A DNA stretch of 60,324 nt, the filler included, from Sluysia triapertura (taxonomy: Eukaryota), in assembly GCA_046118255.1 (NCBI GenBank). It is 5 parts of 5 records of this genome, joined end to end, with 100 filler letters (N's around TTAATTAATTAA, not from the genome) between each part and the next. Parts side by side here need not be neighbours in the genome. Positions count along the whole stretch, not along the records: positions 1 to 14,536 come from JBJNIA010255631.1; positions 14,637 to 26,420 come from JBJNIA010171146.1; positions 26,521 to 37,830 come from JBJNIA010186145.1; 2 more parts are not named here. One strand, given 5' to 3'. The notes beneath the pieces were generated by a model that made no database searches, was not told the DNA's origin, and saw only the letters and a program-made list of their open reading frames with translations. The first letter of the stretch is position 1; each line of letters starts with the position of its first letter. The translations under genes were made by a program, and so were the position numbers. This document shows positions 13,026 through 26,900 of the stretch, in pieces.

Positions 13026-14177
13026 ATTTATAATATAAGTATATAATTTGTTCTCCTTGTTAGAGTGAGGACGATAAATTTAATAGAAAAGAACTTACTT
13101 TCATGGAATTTGATTGCAAATAATCTTCTTTAGGCGATTAGTTTGTAAATTCTTGTAAATTAGATTGTAAATATGACTACTAAAATTCAGTATTTATGAA
13201 CTAAATTTTAGTCGCCATATTTGTGTATCATTTTCTTTAATTGATTGCAAATTATTTTCTTTTAATGTATTTAAACAAAAATAGAACATTTGTTAATTTG
13301 AATTTATTTTATTTAATTTTATAAAAATTTCATTATAATAATTAATGTATAAATTAAAATAAAATAAATTGAAATAAAACATAACATTAATTTGCACAGT
13401 AAGGTTTTTAATTAAATAAATAATCAAAGTTTAGATACTCAATAATAATAATGATATTAATAACAATAATAATAATAAAAATAAAAGTATTAATAATAGT
13501 ATAAATAATAATAATACTAGTAATAAAGAATATATAATAATAATAGTAATAAGAAATAGTAGTAGCAATAGTTATACTAGTAAGTAAAAGTAGTAATAGT
13601 AGTAAATTTTTTGTGGATTTATTTCTTAAACTGCTTAATACAAGTTTGAATGATTTAACATTTTTGATTGTCTTAATGTCTTTCAGTATTTTAAAATATA
13701 ATGCTAAATTAAATTTGATTTAAAGCCTGCTTAAACCTGGCAAAACATGTTTGCCAATTTTTATTTTAGTGATTAAATTAAAACTAACATTAATAAATAA
13801 CAATAGTCTAACACAATTGTTCATGTAACTCTTGATTTTTTTCATAATTCATCAATTGATTGTACGTTAATGTTGTCATATTATCTATCATTACCATATC
13901 AATCATTTTTTTGATATCTATCTAATTGTTCTTCGGTTAATATTCTTGGGAATAGCTATAATTTATTCATTTCAACATCTTTTATGATAGCCTCTTGATC
14001 GTCTTCATTTGCGGGATGTTAAATTTATTTTGATCTAATTCTACTTCCATATGCACAAAAATCAGTTTAAAATCAAGTTTTTGAGCCATTTTTTAATCAG
14101 AAATATATTGCAGAAATTTTTTTGGGTTATTTGTTGTTTTCTTAATTTATGTGGTGAGTCCCCTACAATCTTAGTCT

Positions 14178-14194
14178 TATGCACTTAAGGGTTA
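14178..14194 (-). mobile_element. piggyBac-like terminus
   Basis: Minus strand reads TTAA-CCCTTAAGTGCAT (TTAA target site plus CCCTT end). Confidence 0.45.
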
Positions 14195-14536
14195 AGTTGT
14201 AAATAGCAGTCCAAAGAAGTAGTAATTGGAGGTAAATAATGATTTTAAATTTTAACTATTTTATGCAAAATAAAGTTTATCCTTCCCTTGAAATTTAATG
14301 AATAAAAATTTGCGTAGAATAATACTACCGTATAGAAAAACGGTGTCTTAAATCGTTTTGAAATATTTGTATTTTATGATCAGGTAACGCTTTTATAAGC
14401 AACTAAATTTCTATTTAAAATTGTAAAAATAAATGATAGGTTAAGTGATATATTATAACCGTATTATAAAAACCGCACCTTATAATTATCAAACTTTCTT
14501 TAATCTTAAGTATAATTTACTACCGTATTAAAAATG

Positions 14537-14636
14537 NNNNNNNNNNNNNNNNNNNNNNNNNNNNNNNNNNNNNNNNNNNNTTAATTAATTAANNNNNNNN
14601 NNNNNNNNNNNNNNNNNNNNNNNNNNNNNNNNNNNN
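14537..14636. other. Artificial contig spacer
   Basis: 44 N + TTAATTAATTAA + 44 N; the 12-mer has stops in all six frames. Confidence 0.97.

Positions 14637-14685
<49 letters not shown>
14637..14685. repeat. (TAA)n microsatellite at contig end
   Basis: Perfect trinucleotide run. Confidence 0.95.
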
Positions 14686-16293
14686 TAAAGTAGGAAAAAT
14701 ACCAAAAACTGTTAATAACAGCAATAATGATAAGAATAAAATGTTTAATGGTATTTAATATTGAATATTGAATTTTAGTGATTAATTTAAATTTATGATT
14801 TTTGTCTAGGGAAAGTTGATGTATGCGTAAAAATAATAGTGTCAATGTGCAAAGGCGAAAATGAAACAGTGAATTATTGAATGTGAATTAATAATTTTAT
14901 TATTATTGTGAAGTCGTGAATTATGATTGTGAATCACCTGAATTTCCTTCATTTGTAATTGATATTTGGTTGTTATATGGATAAAAATTAGTACTGGTAA
15001 AGCAAATGTTAATTAAAGAATCCACTTATTAATTTAAAAATTCAGTTCTAAATTTAAAATTACATGTAATTTACATGAAATTGTAGTATCATTTGCTAGT
15101 GGATTAATAAGTCGTGAATCTTGAAAAATTTATGATAGGAGTTGATCTAGGATTATCTAGTTTACCTAATGTAAATTTCAGTATGAAATTTGATTTTTGC
15201 AAAGATCAAAAAAGAAAAAGGCGATGAAAATATGGCACGATCCAAAAAACCAGTTGGTTATGCAAAAGTAGAAGAGTTAAAAAAAGCAATGAAAAAGAGA
15301 TGGAAACCACAAAGTGGTTGAGAAATCATTTGAGAAAACAATTAACAAACCAAGGAGACGAAGATTTCTGGAACATAAATATAAACATGAGGACCAAATG
15401 GATTATCACAAGCTGATTTAATATAAATGATATCATATTCAAAAATTAAAATGGCTACATATTTATTTCTAATTGTACTAATGTTTTCTCATGTTTGCAC
15501 GAATAGTGGTAAAAAGTGGTAAATTTATGATCCAAGCAGTACCGACATTAATTAAATACATTAATTATTTTAAAATTTCCAAATTGATTTAGATAAAGTA
15601 TAAAAAAAGTACTAGTAATCATTATTCAATATTTAGTAAGTAAAAACCAGCTTTAGTCGAACATCATAACTTAAAAGAGATAGCTTTTAAGTATTTTACA
15701 AAAAAGTAATTGTAATGAACCCAAGATTAAAGCACCATAGTTGTAAACAAAATCGTAAGCAAGCCTCAACACAAAATAACATATTCCTTATTAAATAAGA
15801 TCTTAAACAAACTTCGAAATACTAAAACACAAACATAATTACTACAAATTCATGCACATCAAAATCTCACAGTTCTAGTCTAAACTTAGTGTTGTTATTT
15901 GATATTATTGTAAAAATGTGTTGTATTCATTGTTATTTTAATTACTGTTATTGTCTTTTATTACCATCTTATTATCTTTTTATTATCATCAGTTCTAGTT
16001 TTCTCCCGTACGCATGTACAATAATTTTATGCTGAGGTATCAGAATCTTCTTCTTCATTCAGTTTTTGATGCTTACTTGTGCAAAACGTACCTTATTTCA
16101 CAGTAATTTTAACATTGAATTCATTTTTATGTCTTCTTTATTATTGCTATATTACCATTATATTATCAATTATATTAACGATTAACTATAGTTGATGTTA
16201 TATTTTAAACTTTTTTAATAGTGAATTTTGATATTTAATACGAATTCCTAGGTGTTGACGTTAAGTTAAGATTTAACTCTACTTCCTATTTAT

Positions 16294-16640
16294 TAGACCT
16301 TAAGAAGGCTAGTTCAATTTGTAATTTTAATATACACAAAAATCTATTTCAACTAAACGCTAGACCTTTAAGGCTAGTTCTATATTGTTTAATAAACTAG
16401 TAGTTCAACAATAAACGGGCAGTTCAACAATTTGAATTGATAATTATATTTACATTGTACAGCTTAAATTACTAGATTAGTATAATTCGTCTTTTAACAT
16501 AATATTGTGCATATATAATAAAAATCTAATAAGTCGTCTTCCGAGTTGATATAAATCGTACTTGTTAGGCGAACAAGACTTCCACATATTTTATAAGAAT
16601 AAGTTTCACTCTTTCGTAGTAAAATTCTAGCAGTATCAAG
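16294..16640 (+). mobile_element. Unclassified dispersed repeat with TAGACC-n-GGCTA hairpins (copy 2)
   Basis: TAGACCTTAAGAAGGCTA at 16294-16311, TAGACCTTTAAGGCTA at 16361-16376 and CTTGTTAGGCGAAC at 16561-16574. Confidence 0.5.
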
Positions 16641-17061
16641 TAACTTATAAAGATTAAGTAATTTTTGTTCTTTAAATATTATAAATTAAGACAAAGTATA
16701 TAGAAATATGATTCACGATGAAATTATTACATTTGTAAGACCTTTGCAGATGAAGTATTGAAGTTTTTTCTGTTATTGAGCCACGACGTAATGGTATGTT
16801 TTCTTGAGTAATTTATCAGAATGGACTCAGTAACGTGTACAATCTTAAGCTATTTTATATGAGATTGATTGGCTTTCTGTTGGTTTTGTTTATGTTAAAT
16901 TACATGGTTTGTTGTTTATCATTGATATTTTATTTCATCACATGTTTGACAATCATCTTTCCAGCTTTATATCCTGTTTTTAAGTATATGATCAAAACGA
17001 ATCGGTATCATTTTTGTGTTCGTTTAGTTAATTATACAAAGTGGACATTTTAAATTACGTT

Positions 17062-17753
17062 ACAGATATTGATGATGAACAGGAAGAACCTGATCATATG
17101 GCAGCAGGTAACATTTATAAAGGACTCCAACTTTGCCATGAATTGGAAAGTCATTTTCTTGAAATCGATTCAAATTCTGAAATAACTTAAAAATTCCAAA
17201 AGGAGCTTCAATCTTGTATACCTGGCTACCGAGACATATAAAAGCGTCTAGTCAGACAAAAGTCATCGCAAAAATTCATCACCGACTACATGGTTACTCA
17301 AAAAAGGTAAACTGAAAACCAGTGCAAGGAAGTATCTTCAAGTGACGAAAGTGACTTTGAACCAATTTACCGCAAGAAAGCTGGCGTATTGTCGGACTAC
17401 GAAGGATAGTTGTTATACATTTTGAAAAATTTTGTATGTCTAAAATAAATGTGTAAATAAGATATTTAATAATGTTCGCATGTGTTTTCTAAATCAGGCT
17501 CCAAAAGGTTTTACGAGATTCGAAGTAGCTGCCAAGCCTCGTGTCTTGATTTCGTTTAAAAAAACCATTATTAGATAAGCTTATGAGTTATTTTATAAGT
17601 GAGCTTTTTTATGCGGTCCCTATTCACCGCATAAAAAGTTTTTTAATATTGTTTCGAAAACTATTTTTATAGGTACTCGTGAAGATTTGTGATTTTTTAT
17701 GCGGCTTCTTCTACGCGGTCTCTATCCACTGCACAAAAACAGGTTTGAGTGTA
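17062..17753 (+). mobile_element. pogo/Tigger DNA transposon 3' part (transposase C-terminus and right end)
   Basis: GLQLCHELESHFLEIDSNSEIT*KFQKELQSCIPGYRDI*KRL...QKFITDY resembles Tigger transposase C-termini. Subterminal TTTTTATGCGG repeats; ends ...GAGTG followed by TA. Confidence 0.7.
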
Positions 17754-20321
17754 CATCCAACCAGTATACTACTAATACAATTTTCATTAAAATCTACGAT
17801 ATGAATAGTTGTCTCTAAACTTTTTAATGACACTAATATCAATTTTTGATACAAAGTGCTTATATTAAACCAAGAAAAACGGGACTGTGGAATTGTGTCT
17901 TATTTTATACATGTCTGAAATTGATCCTAAATTTTTATTGCTACAGTTATTACAAATATGTCGTCTTTAATAATTTATTCTTGTATTGTTACTTTATTAA
18001 ATTGATTTTTAAATAAAACGGCTTTAGCAGGTTCTAAAGTCAATTATAAAACTTAGATTAATTTTTACAAAATGATCAGAAGTAATGGTAGGAATAAAAA
18101 TAAAAGGCTAAAAGATTCAAGAACACAAATTTTCACAGTAATAAAATTTATTGATGTATAATAAATCCAATGAGCGTAATTTGAAACAAAAAAATAAACC
18201 CAAATATAAAGTTGGTGACTAATTAAGAATATCAAAAATATAAACAATTCCATTCATAAGAATATTTTTAATAATATTTGGAGTGATGAGGTCTTTCACA
18301 TTCATGTAGTCTATAAAAGACAAAATCCTGTAATATTTGCATTAAAGATAATGATGGTGAGAAAGTACAACGAATGTTTTATCATTAAGATTCATAATTT
18401 ATCTTATTGAACTCATTTTAGAAACTAAAGGTAAAGGAAAAAGAAAAAGTTACTTATTAAATGAGTTCGATATAAGAAACCCGAATGATATAAATGTCAG
18501 CATAATTTATTTATTATTACGAAATAAAAGTTTTCATTTGGTAATTGTCCAATAATAGTAACATGTTCATTGTAGATGCTTCTTTAGTCGAATATATGTA
18601 TGTTACTTTAAGAAACAATTTGACCAATTTGAAACTTCATAAAATGAATATGAAAATTTTGGCTATAATACTAAATTTGATGTAACAATAGTAGAAAATA
18701 TTAAAAATCATAGTCATGATAATGAAGATGGTATTACTGGATACGATTCGGATAAAATTCAAAGTAAAATGGATTGAAAAACCGAAAAGCTGGACAATGT
18801 TGTTCATTATTACTGGATTTTTCAATCAGCTAAAAATTTTCGATTCATATTGCAAATGTTTACTTGGAATTACAAAGAAATAAATCTAGCTTTCACCTTG
18901 TATCTGATTCAGGTACCAGTAAATATAAAGTTGTTTTGACTGATGCTAAAATGTAAGTCGAGTTAAAGTTGAGCTGTAGTGGTTAGAGTGTTCTTAAAAT
19001 TTCACTCTCGCAAATTTATAAATTGTTTTGTGGTAAAATTAAGTTTAACATTTATATGTTTCGATCTGAGATGATACAGTATGATGTTTTTATGATAATA
19101 ATATATTGTCTCAATGATTTTGCATAAGTTTGCCAAGGAGGATTGGTCAAATGGTCTTGATGCTATCTTAAACATTATCAGCCTAGTGTAATTGTATGTA
19201 TCATAACGATGAGGAGAATTAAACTTAACTGATTTTGTTTTATTCATAATAATTACTAGACATTTTAATTTCCAGTTGTCATAATTTAATTATTCAAAAA
19301 ATAATATGATACATCTTATGGATGTTATGGCAATTTAAATTAATTTGACACCTTATTTCTTTCTGAATTAATTCAAACGGGCTTAGTGTGGTGGTACAGC
19401 CTCTTAGATTACATGCACTACACTTACTTTAACCAGAAACCACACAAACTTCATTACAAAACAAAGTCCATTCGTAATCTTTACACTATCACACTTTTCA
19501 TCATTAATAAAACATAAACTCTAACATTTTTTAATATTATGTTTATTGATATATAAGTAACACTTGTCGTCTTGTCATCATCACGTCAACACCACTCTTT
19601 TAGTGTATTTTTTGTACCGCGTGATATTAATTATTAGCAAAACGACTTTCTAATCACTTTAGTTTATTTTATACTTTTATGAATTCCTTTTTGTTGCAAC
19701 AATTTGGGCACTAACATTACTGTTCATAATGTAACGATGTACATCATTTCAAATTGGGAAAATATTCAACAAAAAAATTCAGACTAGTAATAATTATTAA
19801 TCCTAGAAGAAACAAAAGGACTCATAAGCCTGGTAAGTTATCTCAGATCAATAAGAAAGAGAAGGATGCAACAAAATCAATAAAAAAGAGTAAATCATTT
19901 AAAATACCGGAAACTAAAAAGATGAAAGATAGATTGGTAAACGAAAATTCAAAGAAAGTAAGGGAGTTAAAGAAAAGCAAAAACGAAATCATTAATAAAA
20001 TTTTTGAATATGATGAACATGATTATGAATTTCATAAGTGTAGTTTCGTATTTTAATTTTTGTTTTATACTCGGTATGAATATATTTCTAAAAGTGCTGT
20101 ATGTGATCAGAAGATGTTCATAATCTAACAACAACTTAATAACACGAAATCAACTGGAATAATATCATGGCAGAAAAAGCACAGTCGTTCAGTAGCAAGA
20201 ACATATCCATCTAATATCATTGAATGAATTTGTAAAAAGCTTTTAACGGATTTTACTTATTTTCATGTTTTATTTTAGCAAAGTTTATCAATTTTAATGT
20301 AGTGTCTTGCAAATAACTTGT

Positions 20322-20747
20322 ATGACTTCTGAACTAACGTCTGGCAATGAATTACATTCTGATGCCTATCCTATGAAATTAGTTGATGATATTGTATATG
20401 AAATTAAAGACAAACGGATAACCACAGTGAGTCGAATGAGTGACGATATAATTGGAGATAACAAGTCGTCGAAATGTTTGAAGACAGTACTGAATCTGTG
20501 ATGAACACGTAAATTGAAGGAAATCACGTTTACTCTCTTTACTGAGAAGCAATTATCCTGAAAGAGCTAAAAAACCTAACAATTTAGCTCCTGCTAATGT
20601 TAGTACTATTTTAAAATTTTTAATAATTGTCAATTTTATACTGGGAAATTAACAAATGCCGATACAGTGGTCATGTTGCCAAATTATCAAGAAGATCGTG
20701 TTACTCCTTATTTTATTATTTTTAGGCACAGTCTTGAGCATATTAAA
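20322..20747 (+). pseudogene. TPT1: Translationally controlled tumour protein (TCTP) pseudogene, apparently intronless
   Basis: SGNELHSDAYPMKLVDDIVYEI...DDIIGDNKS, KLKEITFT, YPERAK and QFYTG...NYQEDRVTPYFIIFRHSLE, with several frameshifts and deletions. Confidence 0.9.
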
Positions 20748-20773
20748 GACATTAGTATCGAATGCATTACGAC

Positions 20774-20998
20774 ATATTATGTTTATATACATATTAAAGT
20801 TGAAGACTATCATATTAGAAATAAACGTTTCATTGTAGCTTTATTTATGGCCAATGTGCCCAAATACGTCTTTACATTTAAAAACCATTATTTTGAATTA
20901 TATTATGTTTATATACATATTAAAGACTATTATATTAGAAATAAATGTTTCATTGTAGCTTTATGTACGACCACTGTGCCCCAGTATGTTCTTACACT
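20774..20998. repeat. Imperfect tandem duplication (about 126-bp period)
   Basis: ATATTATGTTTATATACATATTAAAG...TTTCATTGTAGCTTTAT...TGTGCCC at 20774 and again at 20900. Confidence 0.9.
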
Positions 20999-22819
20999 GT
21001 TATTCTAAAACTGTTATTTTAGATTATTGCACAATTGTTTGGATAATTTGACTGGAGTAATGGTTGTTGGAGATTATGAAATACATGAATTTGAACTCGA
21101 CAAAATTCCAGTTCTGGTAAACCCGAAGTGTCGGTTTACACAACTTTATCTTTGTAAGAATTTTAAATTAGATGTTGTTTGCCTATTACCATGATCGGTG
21201 TTTTTAATAATATAATTAAATTGTGTTATTTTTGTTTAATTCGCCCTCTGAGGCACATAGTTATTGTTATTAAGTGCCTTAGCATAAAATTGTTAATAAA
21301 AATTTTAAATATAATCAAATTGGTAAATGTAACACTAAATTTTATAAATTTTATAAGACTTTTTTGAATTTCATCCAATATGTTCTAATAAATAAAAATA
21401 ATAAACATTTCTTAACACTTAGTTTACTCACTAAAATAAAAACAATTAAAAAATCGTTTATAAAGGACTAAGATTGTATGTTTATCTAACACTATTTCAA
21501 CCTGGTACACCTATATATATACCAGGTACGTATATTTAGATCTAGGATGAGCTTAGGAAAATTATAGCACTAAATAAATTTAACAATTATTGTACGAAGT
21601 CAAAACATGAATTGAGAAAAAATGGTTCAACTTATAAAATGTGTTAAGATCACATTAATAGTGTTAAGATCGCATATATTGTAACATCCTCGGTAATGTA
21701 TTGAAGATGACTAATTAGAAATAGAATTAAAATTATTATTAGTTTAAATAACGGCCATCTTTAATTGTTGCATAATATAAATTAATTGCATTAGATCAAT
21801 ATCTAATAAGGAGCTTCCGTTAAAATTTCATAACAAATAATTGCAAAAAATATTTTCACTGTTCTTTAATATTTTCAAAAAGATTTAAATAATTTGTTTA
21901 AGGATTATTTATATTAAGGAATATCGTTTATTCCATGATATCATTCCCAAATATTAAACGTCATGAGATTCCAACAAAATATCTTATAATTTTTCCTAAC
22001 TTATCTTTCACAGATTACTATTCTTCTTCAATTTCGGTATTTCGTGCGCTTAACACTTTATGAACGGGTAGCCTAACAGTCCTAACTATAGTGCTTAGCA
22101 GTTACCAGTATAACTTGACCCGCTTTAAAAAATACTTTTAAAATGAAATACTCACTCACTCTTAAGTGACAGTCCAGGTAATAATAACCGTCCTGCTCCT
22201 ATGTGTTAATTCTTCGTTTCGAATGTGATATTTTCAATCTTTTCTTTCAAGCTTTTCTAACATTACTTTCAACACATCAAATAACTCAATTAATTCTTTC
22301 TTTGTAACATTAAGGTTTAGAATGTTTTTAGTGTTAATGTTAATAGTTAGGTGATTGAATTTGTTTGTTAAAATTATATGGTTCTTGAATGTTTAAAATT
22401 AAAATCAGGTAATGAGATTTGTTGAAAAGCTGAATATTTTGAAAAGATTGAATTTTTTCTATGTTTGATAATGAGTTTAATGGAATGGTGAGTGTTTTTT
22501 GTTGATAGATTATTGTGAAGTTTGCATAATAAAATTTTTAATTGTGAGTTGGTTCACCAGAGAACCCTCAGTCTTAATCAATTAGGTTTACCGAAATCAA
22601 ATGCAATTTAACCTATACTAAAATTACGACTTAGATTATACGTACATAGTCTACGTGGCATGGACTTGTTTGAAATATTTATTGTTTATGCACTGTTTCA
22701 TTAAGAGATACATTCCCGCAAGTAAGGGTAGATAAGCAAAATATATTTATTATTAATATTTTGAGATATGTGCCCATGAAGAAAATAAATTTTTTGACTC
22801 AACTTTTGATTTTTGCACC

Positions 22820-22898
22820 TATAGTTCATTTCATTCGGTTACAAGTGCAGCATGATATATCTGCGTACCATCAATTAAATGAAATGAATTGAACTATA
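22820..22898. repeat. Short inverted repeat, MITE-like
   Basis: TATAGTTCATTTCATT pairs with AATGAATTGAACTATA at 15 of 16 positions. Confidence 0.5.
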
Positions 22899-23491
22899 AA
22901 GCTAAAGCAACAAACACGTATATTATGAAACAGTCACATCAATTATTGTGATACAAAGCAAACAAAACTTTTACATATTGCAAACTACAAGAAATCAAAT
23001 TCAAACACTTCATTAAACAGACAGTTATTTATTTATTTGGTATTTAAAAATATTTTAAAAAATTTCAGAATTTGGAATACTTTTATGCAGTGTGATGTAC
23101 AAAATCAAAAGGGTACCAAAAATATAACGTTTTTCGTCATCTTAACTATAATTGTGCGTTTCTAAAGTCTTTGACATTATGCTTACATTATTTCATAAAA
23201 ATAGTGTATATAATTTTTGCAAGTGTTTTAATAAATATTTGTAAATTTAATTTGTCTTAATTATTATCAAAATGTAAGTAGTAAGTATATTAAATTATTT
23301 TTATAAAAATAATTTTTTAAAATTATTTTATTAAAAATCTACTTTTTACAATATTAATTACATTGTTGATAAAAATTAATAACGTATTTGTTTTATGCAT
23401 TTTTATATAAGAATTTGATGTATGTATTTAACAAAGATATCATTCATCATTTTCGCCGTGTTTTTCTTTATAGAGTACTAATTATTTTTAG

Positions 23492-24188
23492 GATGAACAT
23501 CAATACCAGCTATAATTTATGCAAGTTTTAAGTAAAGAAATATTGTACATCCGCAATAATTTGTTTTTATAGTGTGAAATAGCAGAAGAAATTCAAGTAC
23601 CTAAACACGCTGGACACAATTTAATATTTGGAAATATATTCAAGAGATATTTCATACATTAAAATTCTACAAAAGTAACTTTATTAAGTTATATTTTTTT
23701 AGATTATTAAAAAATGACCAATTAAGTCAAAAATATAAAAGCAGAAAATAATTCAGACGGAACAAGTAATTTTAAAGTACACTGATTAATAAATAGGCAT
23801 TTGGTCACTAGTAATATCCATTTAGATATTGAATTAAATAATAATCTTCAAAGTTTAAGTATTCATTTAAGGAATCAAAATATAAAATCTGTACTTTTTC
23901 TAAATGAAATTACAAATCAATTACGGAATAGTAAAATCCAAGCAGGAACTAAAATAAATTTTTATAAAGATGATGGAATTAAAGTATGGCACATAAGTGA
24001 ACCAGACAATATGTACGTAGTGATTTTAAATTTTTTCTAACCGATTCAGTAAAAAAGAAGTTAGTTTTAAACCAAAATTTAGAATTATATTTCATTATAA
24101 CAAAATTTTCAGACTTAACATTTTTAAGTGGTACACACAAAATACCAAGAATTAGAAATTGTAATTGTGGTCTTCATACATTTTTAAA
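23492..24188 (+). CDS. Multi-exon gene or pseudogene of unknown function with about 30-40 nt introns
   Basis: A series of candidate GT..AG micro-introns flanks coding-like blocks such as HLVTSNIHLDIELNNNL...DDGIKVWHISEPDN. I could not build a stop-free model. Confidence 0.35.
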
Positions 24189-25436
24189 AGTAAAAGTAAA
24201 AATATAATATTAATGTTAAGTTTCGAAGGTAAAGTTTTGCTATTTAAACATGTATTATACAAATTATAGGTGAAATTAATGTTTTCGTTGTTTTTAGAAC
24301 TTTGTATTCGATATCCATTTGCTTTCCTCAAGAAAATTATTATAAACTTAGGTTTTATAATTTTTATCTTTTCTTAAATAGTAAAGCGTTATTATGTTTT
24401 TGTTGTCACGATTTCAATACCCGAACAAAATATATTAAAATTGTTGAATTTAAAATTTTATTGACCTAAAGTCAACAAATACCTTAAGTGCCATTCTAAT
24501 AATTTAAATATTATTACTGAACCTTGTATCATAGTGAATTTCAATATTACCATTTGTAATTATAAATTGATTAATAACTTCACTAATTCACTTAATTTAA
24601 AAATTAAAATTATTGTATATTTTATTAACAATTTTATTAATTATTAACAATTAATAAAATTGTTTTAAAATTATTAAACAATTTAATCATCATTTTTACA
24701 ATGTGAGCATATATTATTGAATGTAAAGTGTGATAACCGTATGACCTTCGTAGGAATAATCATGGTAACAGTAAAACCATCATGGATACGTATCATAATA
24801 TTATATATCATATTCTTGTATAAATTATATAAGCTGGATTAGTGATAGCAGATCAGCACGGATATTATAGTGACGCGAGACTCATATTTCTTATTAAAAT
24901 TGATTAAAAGCCATTAAAACCGGCGTGACTACTTAAATTAAATAAAACCTAAGCTCTTTCCGCCAAAAAAATCACCACATCTAATCAAAACTTAATAGGC
25001 AGGAATCATACTGCTCAAAATTTGTGACCGCGCCAAACCACTATCAAACCACAAGGAAACCATATATTCAAGCGAACCTCAGTTTAGTAGTGGTTTCAAG
25101 CTCAGATACATGCATACTAAGCTGATAAATAATAAGTTTCCATTATTTTTAAAATAAATAACGTAAGTTTATTTTAAACCTATAATATAGTGGGATATTT
25201 TCATATCGTGTACATATATTTAGGTATCGAAGGTTAAAAGTGATGTTTTAGTAATACGTTAAGACTAAACATTTGAAAATATATAAATATATTTTGACCT
25301 CTATATTAATAATCAGAAATTAAAAATATAATAAATTTTCGGTAAAATAAAAACTTTCACGTTTCATATGGTTAAATATACTTTTACTTAGGTAACTATC
25401 TTTTTGACATCATATTGGAAAAATTATAAAAAAATC

Positions 25437-25975
25437 AAACCATCCATTTTAGTTTCTTCTTTCTTTTTGTCCATCAAATCTTTGGAAGCTTTCCAATTTC
25501 GAAGAAATTTCCTGGATGTATCTGACACATTTTTCCCATCAATAGTTTCTATAATTATAAAAAAACATAATTATAAATAAATAAATAAAATAATAATAAT
25601 CAATTTATATAGAACTAATATTTATTACGAACTAAGTACTCGAAAACGCTTGAAATTTGTTATTAATTATAATAATTTCATTTTAAATACTTTATGATTT
25701 TCCAAGGATTCGACATTATGTAGAGATTCGCATTTCCACAGTGTATAAATTATATCTTAAAGATATTCATTTTAATTTCTGCATTTTATTATCTTCAACA
25801 GATATCCAAGACTTCTATAACGTAAACGTTTATAGATTACTATCTTGACTTTGAATTTACCTCTTGCTTTTACTGGTGTTAAATAGAGCTTCATTTTTAA
25901 TTGTAAAGTTAGTCTTAACCTTTGATTCAATATTAATTGCAACTTTTGCGCGTTGTATTAGTTCCGAACGAATGA
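25437..25975 (-). CDS. Terminal exons of an unidentified gene, possibly disrupted
   Basis: Last exon after an acceptor reads TIDGKNVSDTSRKFLRNWKASKDLMDKKKEETKMDV*. Upstream blocks are separated by GT-AG candidates. Confidence 0.3.
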
Positions 25976-26049
25976 ATATTTAGCTTTGTCATATTGTCAG
26001 ACTTCAATAAATGGACTGACCAACCATTTGATTTACTTAAAACTTTTAT

Positions 26050-26208
26050 CTACAAAGGATCGGAACATGGTGGTTCATATAAATTAGCAATCGTCGAATA
26101 CATTATTACACATTACCCACTTGATCTTTCTAAAACATTTTTAGCAAGTTCATATATTTCAAGTTCATTAAATAACATATTGCCCATAGGTTCTGAAATA
26201 AGAACATC
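26050..26208 (-). pseudogene. CARM1: Protein arginine methyltransferase CARM1/PRMT4 exon remnant
   Basis: DVLISEPMGNMLFNELEIYELAKNVL..SG*..MYSTIANLYEPPCSD versus CARM1 [43 protein letters not shown]. In-frame stops. Confidence 0.75.
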
Positions 26209-26348
26209 TAAATATTAATGAATGATAAATTGAAGCACACAAATAATCTTGTATCATATTTTATCGTTGACTCATGAAAGAATTGAATTGAAAATAACGA
26301 GAATATCGGTGCCTCAAGTCCATCTTTAGTTGACTGATTTTTGTTTAA

Positions 26349-26420
26349 CACATTATGAGCGGGTATTCTTAAGTGACAGTACATAAAACGGGTACTAATA
26401 CCCGCCCCGCTCATAATGTG
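26349..26420. mobile_element. 72-bp piggyBac-type MITE
   Basis: Perfect 15-bp TIRs CACATTATGAGCGGG / CCCGCTCATAATGTG, preceded by TTAA (26345-26348). The contig ends at the right TIR. Confidence 0.75.
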
Positions 26421-26520
26421 NNNNNNNNNNNNNNNNNNNNNNNNNNNNNNNNNNNNNNNNNNNNTTAATTAATTAANNNNNNNNNNNNNNNNNNNNNNNN
26501 NNNNNNNNNNNNNNNNNNNN
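26421..26520. other. Artificial contig spacer
   Basis: 44 N + TTAATTAATTAA + 44 N. Confidence 0.97.
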
Positions 26521-26690
26521 TATATTTCGTACTATTTGCTTCGCATCTAGTGTCTTGCCACCTACAATTAATTTTGCTTCATTCATTTTGGCATTGTTGC
26601 TATTTTTATTACTGAAGAGTATAAATTCTGACTTTTCTTCATTGATTTTCAAGTATTTATTTCCAAACCATTTTATCAATTAATAATTGA
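26521..26690 (-). mobile_element. LINE (L2/CR1 group) reverse transcriptase fragment
   Basis: IKWFGNKYLKINEEKSEFILFS...LIVGGKTLDAKQIVRNI fits the WxxxNxLKLNxxKTExIxF...VRNLG region. Confidence 0.8.
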
Positions 26691-26900
26691 GTTACCGAAA
26701 TGAGAACAAATATTTAATAAATCATAGTTTATGAGGGATGATGTTAATTCATGTTATTTGAAATTTAAAGCAACAAGATCGTACAAAAACTGCAATTATG
26801 AGTAAATATTGAAATCACCACTTTTAATTTATATAACTTCACCGAAAACAAACTAATTTATTAATTTGATTAATTAATTAATTAGCAATTACTGAAAACG

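Noticed and set aside
14581-14592. TTAATTAATTAA recurring at about 11-kb spacing as a biological repeat
   Set aside because: Always embedded in exactly 44+44 N; it is a six-frame-stop linker.
25994-26218. 74-aa plus-strand ORF
   Set aside because: Antisense to the CARM1 remnant.
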